A DNA stretch of 64,000 nucleotides from Promethearchaeota archaeon (lineage in GTDB: Archaea > Asgardarchaeota > Lokiarchaeia > Sigyniarchaeales > SOKP01), in contig JBHLNF010000003.1 in the NCBI GenBank assembly GCA_048937405.1, forward strand, positions 216,624-280,623. The letters run 5' to 3'. This document shows, piece by piece, positions 19,572 to 28,551 of this stretch (positions are counted from its first letter, which is position 1; each line of letters begins with the position of its first letter). The notes under the pieces were generated by a model, which saw nothing but the letters and a program-made list of their open reading frames with translations, did not search any database and was not told the DNA's origin. Position numbers and translations under genes: made by a program.

Positions 19572-20711
19572 ATGGAAACCATGGCAGAATACTTAATAAA
19601 GATTGAAGATTTTTCTAAAATCTTAACAACTTTATTAAAAGAAAAAGCAGTGGATAAAATAATAGGGGCTGAATTGAGAGTTGATAAAAAATCTGGAACT
19701 ATTGATAGATTTACTGTTCAACCAAAATTAGTAGAAAAAGAGGAAGATCTAAAAGATTTTCCACTGACTCCTTTAATCGCATTTGGATACGCAAGAACGG
19801 ACTCTGCTTCTAAATTTTTGCATAAATCAGTAGCGGGTGCTATGAAAGAAAAAGTTGGACTTATAGCACGACCATGTGATACTAGAGCATTAATTGAACT
19901 CGCAAAGCTAAAACAAGTAAATCTTGATAATCTTTTTATAATTGGTATCGAAGATCGAGGTATGCTTCCAAAAGCAGGAAGAGAAATGAGAGCGATTAAA
20001 GATGTTGATCCTACTAAGATAATAAAAGAAAAAGTCGGAGATAACGGTCTAATCGTAAAATTTGAAGATGGAAAATCAAAAGAACTTAATCTTACGGTTG
20101 CGGAGAATTGTTTGAGATGTTATCGTAAAATCCCTATAATCGCAGATTTGACGGTTAGTGATCTCGGTATTCCAATTGATTCAGATGAGATTATCTTGAA
20201 AGTTTATTCTGAAAAAGGTAGTAATATTTTAGATAAATCTGGTATTAAAACAAAAAAACTTCCAGATAAAGAGAAGAAGACTCATTTAGATAAATATAAT
20301 GAAATTATTGCAAAAGCTAAAGAAAAAAGAGTAAAGGATTTGGAAGAATGGAAGAACTTATCACAAAAGGAAAAGATAACAGAATTACTTAAATGTACGA
20401 TGTGTAATACTTGTATAAGAGGATGTCCAGTGTGTTACTGTGTTGATTGTATCCTTATGAAAAAGAGAAAAGATAAAAATATTGACAAAGCAACTTATCA
20501 GTTAACACGAATCGCTCATGATGCGGATAGGTGTGTAGAATGTGGAAATTGTGATAACAACTGTCCTCAAAATTTACCGTTATCCCTCTATTTCCAGTCA
20601 TTAAATGACTCTTTTAAAGAAAAATTCGGTTATGAAGCAGGAATGTCTGTTGATGATATTCCATTTCGATCTGGTAAAGCAATTTCCCAGATGGAATTAG
20701 AGAAAACTTAA
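19572..20711 (+). CDS. FrhB/FdhB-like Fe-S protein (putative electron-input subunit linked to HdrA-MvhD)
   Basis: VGLIARPCDTRALIEL...LFIIGIE resembles the FrhB/FdhB core. Two ferredoxin motifs, CTMCNTCIRGCP and CVECGNCDNNCP. The family assignment is tentative. Confidence 0.4.
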   Translation: METMAEYLIKIEDFSKILTTLLKEKAVDKIIGAELRVDKKSGTIDRFTVQPKLVEKEEDLKDFPLTPLIAFGYARTDSASKFLHKSVAGAMKEKVGLIARPCDTRALIELAKLKQVNLDNLFIIGIEDRGMLPKAGREMRAIKDVDPTKIIKEKVGDNGLIVKFEDGKSKELNLTVAENCLRCYRKIPIIADLTVSDLGIPIDSDEIILKVYSEKGSNILDKSGIKTKKLPDKEKKTHLDKYNEIIAKAKEKRVKDLEEWKNLSQKEKITELLKCTMCNTCIRGCPVCYCVDCILMKKRKDKNIDKATYQLTRIAHDADRCVECGNCDNNCPQNLPLSLYFQSLNDSFKEKFGYEAGMSVDDIPFRSGKAISQMELEKT

Positions 20712-20853
20712 ACTATATTTTTTTAATTCTTTATTTTATTGTTTTATTAAAATAATAAAGATCTTTTTTAGAGAATTTTCTTCTTTTTTGTAAAAAAATA
20801 GGTATAAATATTGATATTTTTTTATCGTATTTAAAAAAATTTATGTGAAATTT

Positions 20854-21738
20854 ATGTTATTACAAAATATAGATGCCGAAATGGTATTTAATCTTCTAGT
20901 AGCTCCAGTACTCGCATGTAGTTTGCTTTTTGTTGCTTATTTGATACTACGAAAAAAAGGAAGAGGGATAAATTCCGCAGAGTTTAAGGTTATCTTCATG
21001 TTTCTTACAGCAATAGCGGTAATGGTAACCATTACAATATTAGTAAATGCAGTGTTTGAATATGGTGGTCTCCCTTTAATTTTTGGTTTTATCATAGGAA
21101 TCGGTTATATGTTATTTGGTTTATTTTACATCGGTAGGACGATTTATAGAGCAAATAATAAGATAAATAATTTATTAGAGAATGTAATCAAATCAAGCTC
21201 AGAAGTAGCTATCAATGTGGCTAACATTGCAGCAGAATTAGCGGCAAATGCTAGTGAGATAAATGCGTCATCCGAAGAGATCGCATCCTCTACAGCTGAA
21301 ACAACAAGCCTTACAGAAGGAATTATGAGAGCTTCAAGTGAAATAAATAATGTTAATGAACTAATTACAAACATAGCTGATCAAACAAATTTATTGGCGT
21401 TAAATGCCAGTATTGAAGCAGGTAGAGCTGGTGAACATGGGAGAGGGTTTGCGGTCGTAGCAGATGAAGTTCGAAAACTTGCAGAAGAATCAAAAAGAGC
21501 GGTGAGTAATACTGGCAGTAAGATTACAGATATAATAAAAAATATACAGCTTTCTTTTAATAATATGGAAGGAATAAGTTCGGCATCGGAACAACAAAGT
21601 GCTTCTATGGAAGAGATCACAGCAACTGCAAACAAATTAGGTATATTGGCAGAAGATTTAAAGGATACTCTGAAAGTATCAGATGAACCGACTAAGCAAA
21701 AAAAGAAAATCACCTTAAAAGCAATAAGGAAACATTAA
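20854..21738 (+). CDS. Minimal methyl-accepting chemotaxis protein (MCP-signal domain), copy 1
   Basis: Canonical MCP hairpin tip [39 protein letters not shown]. Three N-terminal hydrophobic helices, no HAMP. The ORF track starts at GTG 20845; ATG 20854 (MLLQN) matches the TTTATGTTATTACAA start context of copy 2. Confidence 0.85.
   Translation: MLLQNIDAEMVFNLLVAPVLACSLLFVAYLILRKKGRGINSAEFKVIFMFLTAIAVMVTITILVNAVFEYGGLPLIFGFIIGIGYMLFGLFYIGRTIYRANNKINNLLENVIKSSSEVAINVANIAAELAANASEINASSEEIASSTAETTSLTEGIMRASSEINNVNELITNIADQTNLLALNASIEAGRAGEHGRGFAVVADEVRKLAEESKRAVSNTGSKITDIIKNIQLSFNNMEGISSASEQQSASMEEITATANKLGILAEDLKDTLKVSDEPTKQKKKITLKAIRKH
21181..21738 (+). repeat. MCP 3' cassette, copy 1 (near-identical DNA repeat)
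   Basis: Starts at AATGTAATCAAATCAAGCTCAGAAGTAG. Aligns to 22752-23309 and 26313-26795 with only scattered mismatches. Confidence 0.85.
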
Positions 21739-21817
21739 AATCAGTCAGGTAAAAAATCTGCCAAGAAGTTCAAATAGAATATTTTATTTTCTATATATTT
21801 ATTTTTTTTATAGGTAT

Positions 21818-22048
21818 GAACTAAGAAAACTAATTTTTTTAGGGAATAATATTTCAATTAAAGATTTTGATGATGATTTGACTATAGCATCCTTCACGAT
21901 GTAATTTGTTTCATTACATGTTCTATCTCCTAATATTAGTTTTAGAAAAAACGTACCGGGAATCATGAGATCAGTAATATCAGGATTCGGATATTCTTTT
22001 TCACTTTTAATTTTCTCAATTTTTCCGTTGATAAATTCCAGTGCAATT
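21818..22048 (-). pseudogene. Duplicated 3' fragment (~76 codons) of the GNAT gene at 23379..24650
   Basis: 21739-22048 aligns by eye at roughly 95% identity to 23310-23619. It has no upstream gene body and ends at the duplication junction near 22049. Confidence 0.6.
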
Positions 22049-22230
22049 GGTGTATAGAATGCGGAAATTGCGATAAGAATTGTCCGTAAAATTTACCATT
22101 ATCTCTTTATTTCCATTCATTAAATGACTCTTTTAAAGAAAATTTCAGTTATAAAGCAGGGATGTCTATTGATGATATTCCATTTCGATTTGGAAAACCC
22201 ATCGCAAAAATGGAATTAGAGAAAACTTAA
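22049..22230 (+). pseudogene. Duplicated 3' fragment of the FrhB-like gene (parent 20530..20711) with a premature stop
   Basis: Translates WCIECGNCDKNCP*NLPLSLYFHSLNDSFKENFSYKAGMSIDDIPFRFGKPIAKMELEKT*. Parent reads RCVECGNCDNNCPQNLPLSLYFQSLNDSFKEKFGYEAGMSVDDIPFRSGKAISQMELEKT*. CAA changed to TAA; no 5' part. Confidence 0.75.
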
Positions 22231-22412
22231 TTTTTATTCTATTAAATTACATATTCTTATTATGATTATGTGAAAAAAGTGCAAAATTTATGTTCAATAG
22301 TACAAACAATGGTAGAAATATAAAGTTATTTATACAAAAATTTTCTTCAGTTAATAAAATATATTTATTATATTAAGATCAAAAAAGAACTACAGAAAGT
22401 GATGGTAGGTTT

Positions 22413-23309
22413 ATGTTATTACAAGAAATACTTCTTTCCCGAGACCAAGAAATAATACTGTCCGAAATAATACAAACCATAGTTATTTTATCGTTGATGA
22501 TAGTTGCTTCACTTCTAATACTAAAAAGAATAAGAAAAGGAATAAAATCTCCTGAATTTAAGGTTGCTTTTATGTTTCTTTCATCGATTATGGTAATGAT
22601 AGTGATGGTAAAACTTATAGACTTTTTTGAAAAGACTGCTATAGCTCAAGCTTTTGGTTATGTCTTTGGAATTAGTTATATGATAGGGTGCCTATACTTA
22701 ATTATTAAAAGTACTATTAAAGCAAATAGTAAAGTGGATGATTTATCAGATAATGTGATCAAATCAAGCTCAGAAGTAGCTATCAATGTGGCTAACATTG
22801 CAGCAGAATTAGCGGCAAATGCTAGTGAGGTAAATGCGGCATCCGAAGAGATCGCATCCTCTACAGCTGAAACAACAAGCCTTACAGAAGGAATTATGAG
22901 AGCTTCAAGTGAAATAAATAATGTTAATGAACTAATTACAAACATAGCTGATCAAACAAATTTATTGGCGTTAAATGCCAGTATTGAAGCAGGTAGAGCT
23001 GGTGAACATGGGAGAGGGTTTGCGGTCGTAGCAGATGAAGTTCGAAAACTTGCAGAAGAATCAAAAAGAGCGGTGAGTAATACGGGCAGTAAGATTACAG
23101 ATATAATAAAAAATATACAACTCTCTTTTAATAATATGGAAGGAATAAGTTCTGCTGCCGAACAGCAAAGTGCTTCTATGGAAGAGATTACAGCAACTGC
23201 AAACAAATTAGGTACACTGGCAGAAGATTTAAAGGATACTCTGAAAGTAGCAGATGAACCGACTAAGCAAAAAAAGAAAATCACCTTAAAAGCAATAAGG
23301 AAATATTAA
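22413..23309 (+). CDS. Minimal methyl-accepting chemotaxis protein, copy 2
   Basis: Same MCP tip motif. The C-terminal ~185 aa are nearly identical to copies 1 and 3; the N-terminal membrane part is divergent. Confidence 0.85.
   Translation: MLLQEILLSRDQEIILSEIIQTIVILSLMIVASLLILKRIRKGIKSPEFKVAFMFLSSIMVMIVMVKLIDFFEKTAIAQAFGYVFGISYMIGCLYLIIKSTIKANSKVDDLSDNVIKSSSEVAINVANIAAELAANASEVNAASEEIASSTAETTSLTEGIMRASSEINNVNELITNIADQTNLLALNASIEAGRAGEHGRGFAVVADEVRKLAEESKRAVSNTGSKITDIIKNIQLSFNNMEGISSAAEQQSASMEEITATANKLGTLAEDLKDTLKVADEPTKQKKKITLKAIRKY
22752..23309 (+). repeat. MCP 3' cassette, copy 2
   Basis: See copy 1. Shares diagnostic substitutions with copy 3 ([20 protein letters not shown]), where copy 1 has [20 protein letters not shown]. 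Confidence 0.85.
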
Positions 23310-23378
23310 AATCAGTCAGATAAAAAATCTGCCAAGAAGTTCAAATAGAATATTTTATTTTCTATATATTTATTTTTT

Positions 23379-24650
23379 TTATAGGTATGAACTAAGAAAA
23401 CTAATTTTTTTAGGGAATAATATTTCAATTAAAGATTTTGATGATGATTTGATTATAGCATCCTTCACGATGTAATTTGTTTCATTAAATGTTCTATCTC
23501 CTAATATTAGTTTTAGAAAAAATGTACCGGGAATCATGAGATCAGTAATATCAGGATTCGGATGTTCTTTTTCACTTTTAATTTTCTGGATTTTTCCATT
23601 GACAAAATCTAGTATGATTGTTTTATGATAATTGGAAAATCTCATAGTTTTGGTTAAACCTTTAAATTCAGAATGTTGTACTCTCTTTTCAATTATTTCC
23701 TTAATTAGGTTAAAAAATGCTTCTAAATTGGGGATTTTTGCCTGCCATCCATAAGTCGAAATATGTATTCCTCCTAAATTTTTAATGAAACGATACAACG
23801 ACGAGTGTTCACTTATACTTAGAGTGATGATATCATCATTAGTATAGTTTCCCATAGTTTTAATAAATTGAAGTAAACTTATCATTTCATCTTTAGTTAA
23901 ATCTGGACAAATAATTTCATAACATTGATCATCATAACTCATTCCTAAGGAAAAGTAATTACTAGCTGCGTCAGATTCTTCAAAAATATATGTAGAACGT
24001 ATTTCTGAGTTAAATATGTCTTTTAAATACATAAACTTAAAACATTCTGAATCAAATTTGTTAAATATATAAAAATTCTCATAAAATTGATTATATTTTC
24101 TTTTAATAAAAGGAATATCGCTTTTTTTTGCTTTTCTAAAGTTGATGTTTTTATAGTTTTTATTTGGAATTTTTGAAACGGGAATAGCTATTCTCTCATC
24201 GAGAGATGAAACATATTCATATCCTAATTTACGATAAAAATATGGTATCCCTTTTATAACTGAAAGAATATAGTTATTTTGAGCCATTATATTTTCATAG
24301 AGATTGTTTAATTTTTTTATAAAACCTTTTCCTCTATATTCTTGGAGGGTTCCAACAAATTCCATTTCACATACAGGTAATGTGGTTCCTCCAATTTGCC
24401 ATTCTAAAGGAGAAAGACATAATGATGAAACTATTTTGTTTTCTCTATCATCTTTAATAAACAGCCATAAAATCTCACTTTTTCTTGGATGCTCTAAAAA
24501 TATGGAAGGAATATAGGTTCTTAATATCTCATTTTGATGAACTTTCATATTGAAATTAACTATAGCTTTTAATTCTTCTTCACTATCAGTAGCAATGTGA
24601 ATGCTGAAGTGATCGTCAACTTTTACACTATAACCTTTTTGAAGTTGCAT
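23379..24650 (-). CDS. GNAT acetyltransferase, Eis-like multidomain type
   Basis: GNAT motif A QEYRGKGFIKKLNNLYENIM. ~420 aa with a second GNAT-like and C-terminal domain, as in Eis-type enzymes (tentative). Confidence 0.5.
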   Translation of the reverse strand: MQLQKGYSVKVDDHFSIHIATDSEEELKAIVNFNMKVHQNEILRTYIPSIFLEHPRKSEILWLFIKDDRENKIVSSLCLSPLEWQIGGTTLPVCEMEFVGTLQEYRGKGFIKKLNNLYENIMAQNNYILSVIKGIPYFYRKLGYEYVSSLDERIAIPVSKIPNKNYKNINFRKAKKSDIPFIKRKYNQFYENFYIFNKFDSECFKFMYLKDIFNSEIRSTYIFEESDAASNYFSLGMSYDDQCYEIICPDLTKDEMISLLQFIKTMGNYTNDDIITLSISEHSSLYRFIKNLGGIHISTYGWQAKIPNLEAFFNLIKEIIEKRVQHSEFKGLTKTMRFSNYHKTIILDFVNGKIQKIKSEKEHPNPDITDLMIPGTFFLKLILGDRTFNETNYIVKDAIIKSSSKSLIEILFPKKISFLSSYL

Positions 24651-24738
24651 AAAATTAAAAGTATATAGCTCAATTTCAATTTTTTGAAAATATAGGATTG
24701 ATTTATAGTGAAAAAGGAAAATTATCTATTATACTGGA

Positions 24739-25725
24739 TTATTTTTGGAATTCTTTTGGAATTTGAATAGAAAATTTACAGAGTAATCCTCCTGTAAGAG
24801 CTGTTTCGATTGGTTCTACCTCTGTTGGTTGATCAAAAATTACATCCCAGTATTTCTTAGTGTATCCAGCACTACAATAGCAGAAATCAGAGAAAAGCTC
24901 CTTATCTGTTCCATTTTTGATCGCACCTCGAATCCAAGGACAGTAACAACTATAAAAACCTTTCATTTTTTCATCTTTTGCTTGTAAATGTTTTTTTATT
25001 TGATAAGGCATTTTAGTTTCAATAATTTTATCTTCTTCTCTAATTCCTGGATTAATTGAGGGTGTATTTTTTACAAATTCTACTACTTCATCATCGATAT
25101 ATTGTGCAAATTCTAGAGTTCCCTCCTGTTGATGTTTTAGTAGTTGTTCAATTAACTCTTGCTTCTTTATTTTTAAAAATTCATCGATATCATTTATTCT
25201 TAAGAAATCCTCTCTATCTTTTTTAGGATCCCCCGGTCGCCCATGCAAGCATGGTTTTAATAATTCTATAGTCTTTTTTTTGCCAATTTTTTCTTTCAAT
25301 CTTTCTAAAACTATTTTAGTAAATTCTGGCTTTTTTTCAGGATGAGTTCCTAACGGAGGAATTTTAAGATCTTTAAATACTTCATTTTTTATTTGTTCAC
25401 CGTGTTCTTTAGCAACCCTTTGATAAAGATTATCCATGGCGTTATAAGATTCTGAAATATCGATAATTTCAGTTATATAGTCATATTTTTTCGTAAAAGT
25501 AGCATAATTGATTAAAGACCTTAAAAAATCTAATATGATTTCACTCTTACGTTCTACTAAAAAATCAGCATATTTAATAATTTCTCCCATAGGAAATGAA
25601 TCAAGATCATTCTTATTATTTTTTAGGTAATCATTAAATTCATTTAATCTTTTAATGTAAATATCTGCTTGTTCCTGAGGAATATTTTTTGTTGATAGAT
25701 ATTCCAAAAATGCTTTTTCTTTCAA
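24739..25725 (-). CDS. Hypothetical protein with Cys-rich C-terminal domain
   Basis: Long uninterrupted ORF. C-terminal CYCPW...FCYCSAG...LLCKF cysteine pattern. No family recognised. Confidence 0.45.
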   Translation of the reverse strand: MKEKAFLEYLSTKNIPQEQADIYIKRLNEFNDYLKNNKNDLDSFPMGEIIKYADFLVERKSEIILDFLRSLINYATFTKKYDYITEIIDISESYNAMDNLYQRVAKEHGEQIKNEVFKDLKIPPLGTHPEKKPEFTKIVLERLKEKIGKKKTIELLKPCLHGRPGDPKKDREDFLRINDIDEFLKIKKQELIEQLLKHQQEGTLEFAQYIDDEVVEFVKNTPSINPGIREEDKIIETKMPYQIKKHLQAKDEKMKGFYSCYCPWIRGAIKNGTDKELFSDFCYCSAGYTKKYWDVIFDQPTEVEPIETALTGGLLCKFSIQIPKEFQK

Positions 25726-25976
25726 AACTGATCCCCATTTAATTTATATTCTCTTATATGTAATTCAAGATCTAAAATTACTAAAATATATATGTATATT
25801 TATACATTTATTTAGCCTTGAACTATATTTAATTTAACATAAATATATAAATACATTTTTATTTGTATCATTTAGAAAATTTAGTACCATAACCTTTTTG
25901 ATTTCAAGGACTTTCAAAATATAATTTTGAAAATTGATATATAATTAAAAATAAATCAATTAAAAAAAAATTTAAG

Positions 25977-26882
25977 ATGATTTTTATGTTTCTACAGGGA
26001 TTTAGTGTTGAAGAAATTTCTTATCTTTTGTTTCCTGCGATAATTTTTTTTGTTTTGACGATTGGTTTTTATTTCTTCATCAAAAGAAGGGGAAAGGGGA
26101 TAAAATCTAAAGAATTCAAAATTATCATCATGTTCTTTAGTTCGGTTATGATTATGGTCTATATGACAGTAATTGGATTATTATGGTTTGCTGATAATGT
26201 GACAGTTCAATTAGTTGTCCAAATTATTGGAATTGGTTCTATAACAGCAGTTGCATTTATTATTATTAGAATTATTTACAACACGGATACTAAATTGGAC
26301 AATTTAGTGAATAATGTAATCAAATCAAGCTCAGAAGTAGCCATCAATGTAGCAAATATTGCAGCAGAATTAGCAGCAAATGCTAGTGAGGTAAATGCGG
26401 CATCCGAAGAGATTGCATCCTCTACAGCTGAAACAACAAGCCTTACAGAAGGAATTATGAGAGCTTCAAGTGAAATAAATAATGTTAATGAACTAATTAC
26501 AAACATAGCTGATCAAACAAATTTATTGGCGTTAAATGCCAGTATTGAAGCAGGTAGAGCTGGTGAACATGGGAGAGGGTTTGCGGTCGTAGCAGATGAA
26601 GTTCGAAAACTTGCAGAAGAATCAAAAAGAGCGGTGAGTAATACGGGCAGTAAGATTACAGATATAATAAAAAATATACAACTCTCTTTTAATAATATGG
26701 AAGGAATTAGTTCTGCTGCCGAACAGCAAAGTGCTTCTATGGAAGAGATTACTGCAACTGCAAACAAATTAGGTACACTGGCAGAAGGTTTGAAGGATTC
26801 TTTGAAAGCAGCAGAAGAATCACCAAAAAAAAAAAAGGCGACAAATATATTATCAAAAATTAAATCATCTAAAGAATATTAA
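25977..26882 (+). CDS. Minimal methyl-accepting chemotaxis protein, copy 3
   Basis: Same MCP tip motif and near-identical cassette 26313-26795. Divergent N-terminal membrane region and a different Lys-rich tail. An alternative ATG at 25986 (MFLQG) parallels copies 1 and 2. Confidence 0.85.
   Translation: MIFMFLQGFSVEEISYLLFPAIIFFVLTIGFYFFIKRRGKGIKSKEFKIIIMFFSSVMIMVYMTVIGLLWFADNVTVQLVVQIIGIGSITAVAFIIIRIIYNTDTKLDNLVNNVIKSSSEVAINVANIAAELAANASEVNAASEEIASSTAETTSLTEGIMRASSEINNVNELITNIADQTNLLALNASIEAGRAGEHGRGFAVVADEVRKLAEESKRAVSNTGSKITDIIKNIQLSFNNMEGISSAAEQQSASMEEITATANKLGTLAEGLKDSLKAAEESPKKKKATNILSKIKSSKEY
26313..26795 (+). repeat. MCP 3' cassette, copy 3
   Basis: See copies 1 and 2. Similarity ends after ..AACAAATTAGGTACACTGGCAGAAG. 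Confidence 0.85.
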
Positions 26883-26964
26883 ATAAAAATAAAGAGAAAT
26901 AAAAAATCAGAATTAATTCATAAAGGATGAGCGAAAAATAATAAAAGAAATCTTTATCCTTTTA

Positions 26965-27384
26965 TCATTTTTTATTTAGTCTTATTATAAAAGTATAACC
27001 TTTATTTCTTTCCTCAGATTCTACAATTTTTTGCCTACCGTATAAATCTACAATTTCTTTTGAGAGATATAACCCTAATCCATATCTTTCAATATCTACC
27101 CCCAAATCCAATCTATATCTCTCAATTTTTCCAAACTTTTCAAATAATTTTTCTTTTTCTTTCTTAGTTATTCCCACTCCAGTATCTTTTACCCAGATAT
27201 CAATATTTTCAGGATTTTCGATAAGATTAACTAAAATTTCACCTCCTTTTGGAGTGTTCTTCATTGTATTTGAAATAATATTTGAAATCATCTGTCTGAA
27301 ACTAATTTTATCTATCTCTATATAGATTTCACTTGTCATATCAAATTTCAATTTTAACTTACAATTAGCTGCTAAGTAGTTCAT
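26965..27384 (-). CDS. Stand-alone histidine-kinase ATPase (HATPase_c) domain, no HisKA/H-box (truncated or split kinase)
   Basis: N box ISNIISNTMKNTP, G1 DTGVGI, G2 YGLGLYL. Only 139 aa. The upstream 180 nt is non-coding-looking. Confidence 0.55.
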   Translation of the reverse strand: MNYLAANCKLKLKFDMTSEIYIEIDKISFRQMISNIISNTMKNTPKGGEILVNLIENPENIDIWVKDTGVGITKKEKEKLFEKFGKIERYRLDLGVDIERYGLGLYLSKEIVDLYGRQKIVESEERNKGYTFIIRLNKK

Positions 27385-27562
27385 ATCTTTAGCACAATTA
27401 AATAAAAGCTTAAGACAAAATTAATTATACCTATTTTTTGATTTCAAATTACTAAATATTAGATCCTTAACCAAAAAATCAATTTCATTAGAGGATTAAA
27501 TTTTAATAAAAAAAAGAATGTAAGAAAATTAGTTAAGTAGGAAAAAAAAAATTATAAAAATC

Positions 27563-28228
27563 ATGACAAATTTTAAATCTGTTGTTAATAAACTTCAAAA
27601 ACACTACTCTGATGCTGAAGATGTAGTAATCGTTAGTAATAAAGGAAAAATCCTTTACTCTACGAATAAATGGGATGTTAAGCATGATATTTTAAGTGTT
27701 TTAAATAGCTGGAAAACTGGTAATGCGCAATTTGTTAACTTATGTGGTATAAAATATTCTATTCTTCAAATGGAACCCGAACGCTTTATTGGTACTAATC
27801 GCCATAAAAAAGGACATCTAATTGGAGCTACTACTCCAGATGGAAAAATTTATATGATAGCTCATATTAAACCTAAAGCAAAAGGATGGTTTCATATGGC
27901 ATATCCTGCTGTTGCCAGAGCTGCTGCAATGTTAAAAAAAGGTTCAGAATCAAAATTTATTGACACTGAAGTTGAAAAATCTAGTAGAAATAAAATTGAG
28001 CCAATTTATGAAAGTTCAACAAGTCAGATGGCAGTAAATCAAGTTTTTCCCGCGCGATCCATTTTAGATCCATATCTTAAAGCGGAAATTGAAGGTTTTT
28101 TACAATGGATTAACAATCCCCAAGGATTAGCAGGATATATTACCAATACATTGCTACAAAATGACCATTTTAGGATTTCTAAACTTGCTGAGATATATAA
28201 TAGGTTATATTCAATATGTTATGAATAA
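27563..28228 (+). CDS. Profilin-like protein with ~95-aa C-terminal extension
   Basis: aa 1-125: VVIVSNKGKILYSTNKWDV...CGIKYSILQMEPERFIGTNRHKKGHLIGATTPDGKIYMIAHI...AYPAVARAAAML. This parallels the profilin pattern G-x-KY-x-x-I/Q...GKKG...T...I..y...a...v..l. By-eye call only. Confidence 0.5.
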   Translation: MTNFKSVVNKLQKHYSDAEDVVIVSNKGKILYSTNKWDVKHDILSVLNSWKTGNAQFVNLCGIKYSILQMEPERFIGTNRHKKGHLIGATTPDGKIYMIAHIKPKAKGWFHMAYPAVARAAAMLKKGSESKFIDTEVEKSSRNKIEPIYESSTSQMAVNQVFPARSILDPYLKAEIEGFLQWINNPQGLAGYITNTLLQNDHFRISKLAEIYNRLYSICYE

Positions 28229-28551
28229 ATAAGAAGATCTTTGGAAATCTTTTCCAAAAACTAATAACTTTTTACATTTAAGAGAAGAAATTAGGATCTA
28301 TATATTTAACCTTTTTATATCAGTTATTAACTTGCAATGAATTGAAAAATGATAGATTGTATTTTTTTAAGATGAATAGTTGTTAGATGCCTTATCGCAT
28401 CTCAATTTTTTACCAAAGAATTTTCTTTATTTTAATTATCCTCATTTTTTGACAAAAATATAAGTAATTGATTATCATAACTATCTTTGTCAGCTTAATG
28501 ACAATATAATTCATTTATAAGGTAATTTTTTTATTGTTTGAGGTAATTCTA

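Noticed and set aside
21144-21713. Antisense ORFs inside the MCP genes (21144..21374, 21381..21713; likewise 22676..23284 and 26276..26767).
   Set aside because: They are mirror images of the Ala/Ser/Glu-rich heptad coding sequence, lie wholly within strongly supported MCP CDSs, and show low-complexity translations without motifs.
25912-25932. Perfect palindromes in intergenic DNA: TTTCAAAAT-ATA-ATTTTGAAA (25912-25932, upstream of MCP copy 3), GGAAATGA-TTTAT-TCATTTCC (53522-53542) and GTTATTACT-N14-AGTAATAAC (34293-34324).
   Set aside because: With this AT-rich composition I estimate on the order of ten or more 8-9-bp inverted repeats with short spacers by chance in 64 kb. Without conservation or recurrence they are not evidence of operators or RNA structures.
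26825-26836. Homopolymer runs inside CDSs (A12 at 26825-26836 in MCP copy 3; A11 at 56473-56483 in the 1820-aa ORF), considered as phase-variation switches.
   Set aside because: They encode Lys runs in Lys-rich tails or linkers of an AT-rich genome, and there is no evidence of alternative frames with meaningful products. They are flagged only as places where sequencing frameshifts could occur.
20500-26900. Looked for a mobile element (transposase, integrase, terminal inverted repeats, target-site duplications) that could explain the MCP duplications.
   Set aside because: None was found. The junction structure fits a simple tandem duplication, and the intervening genes are ordinary (GNAT, Cys-rich hypothetical).
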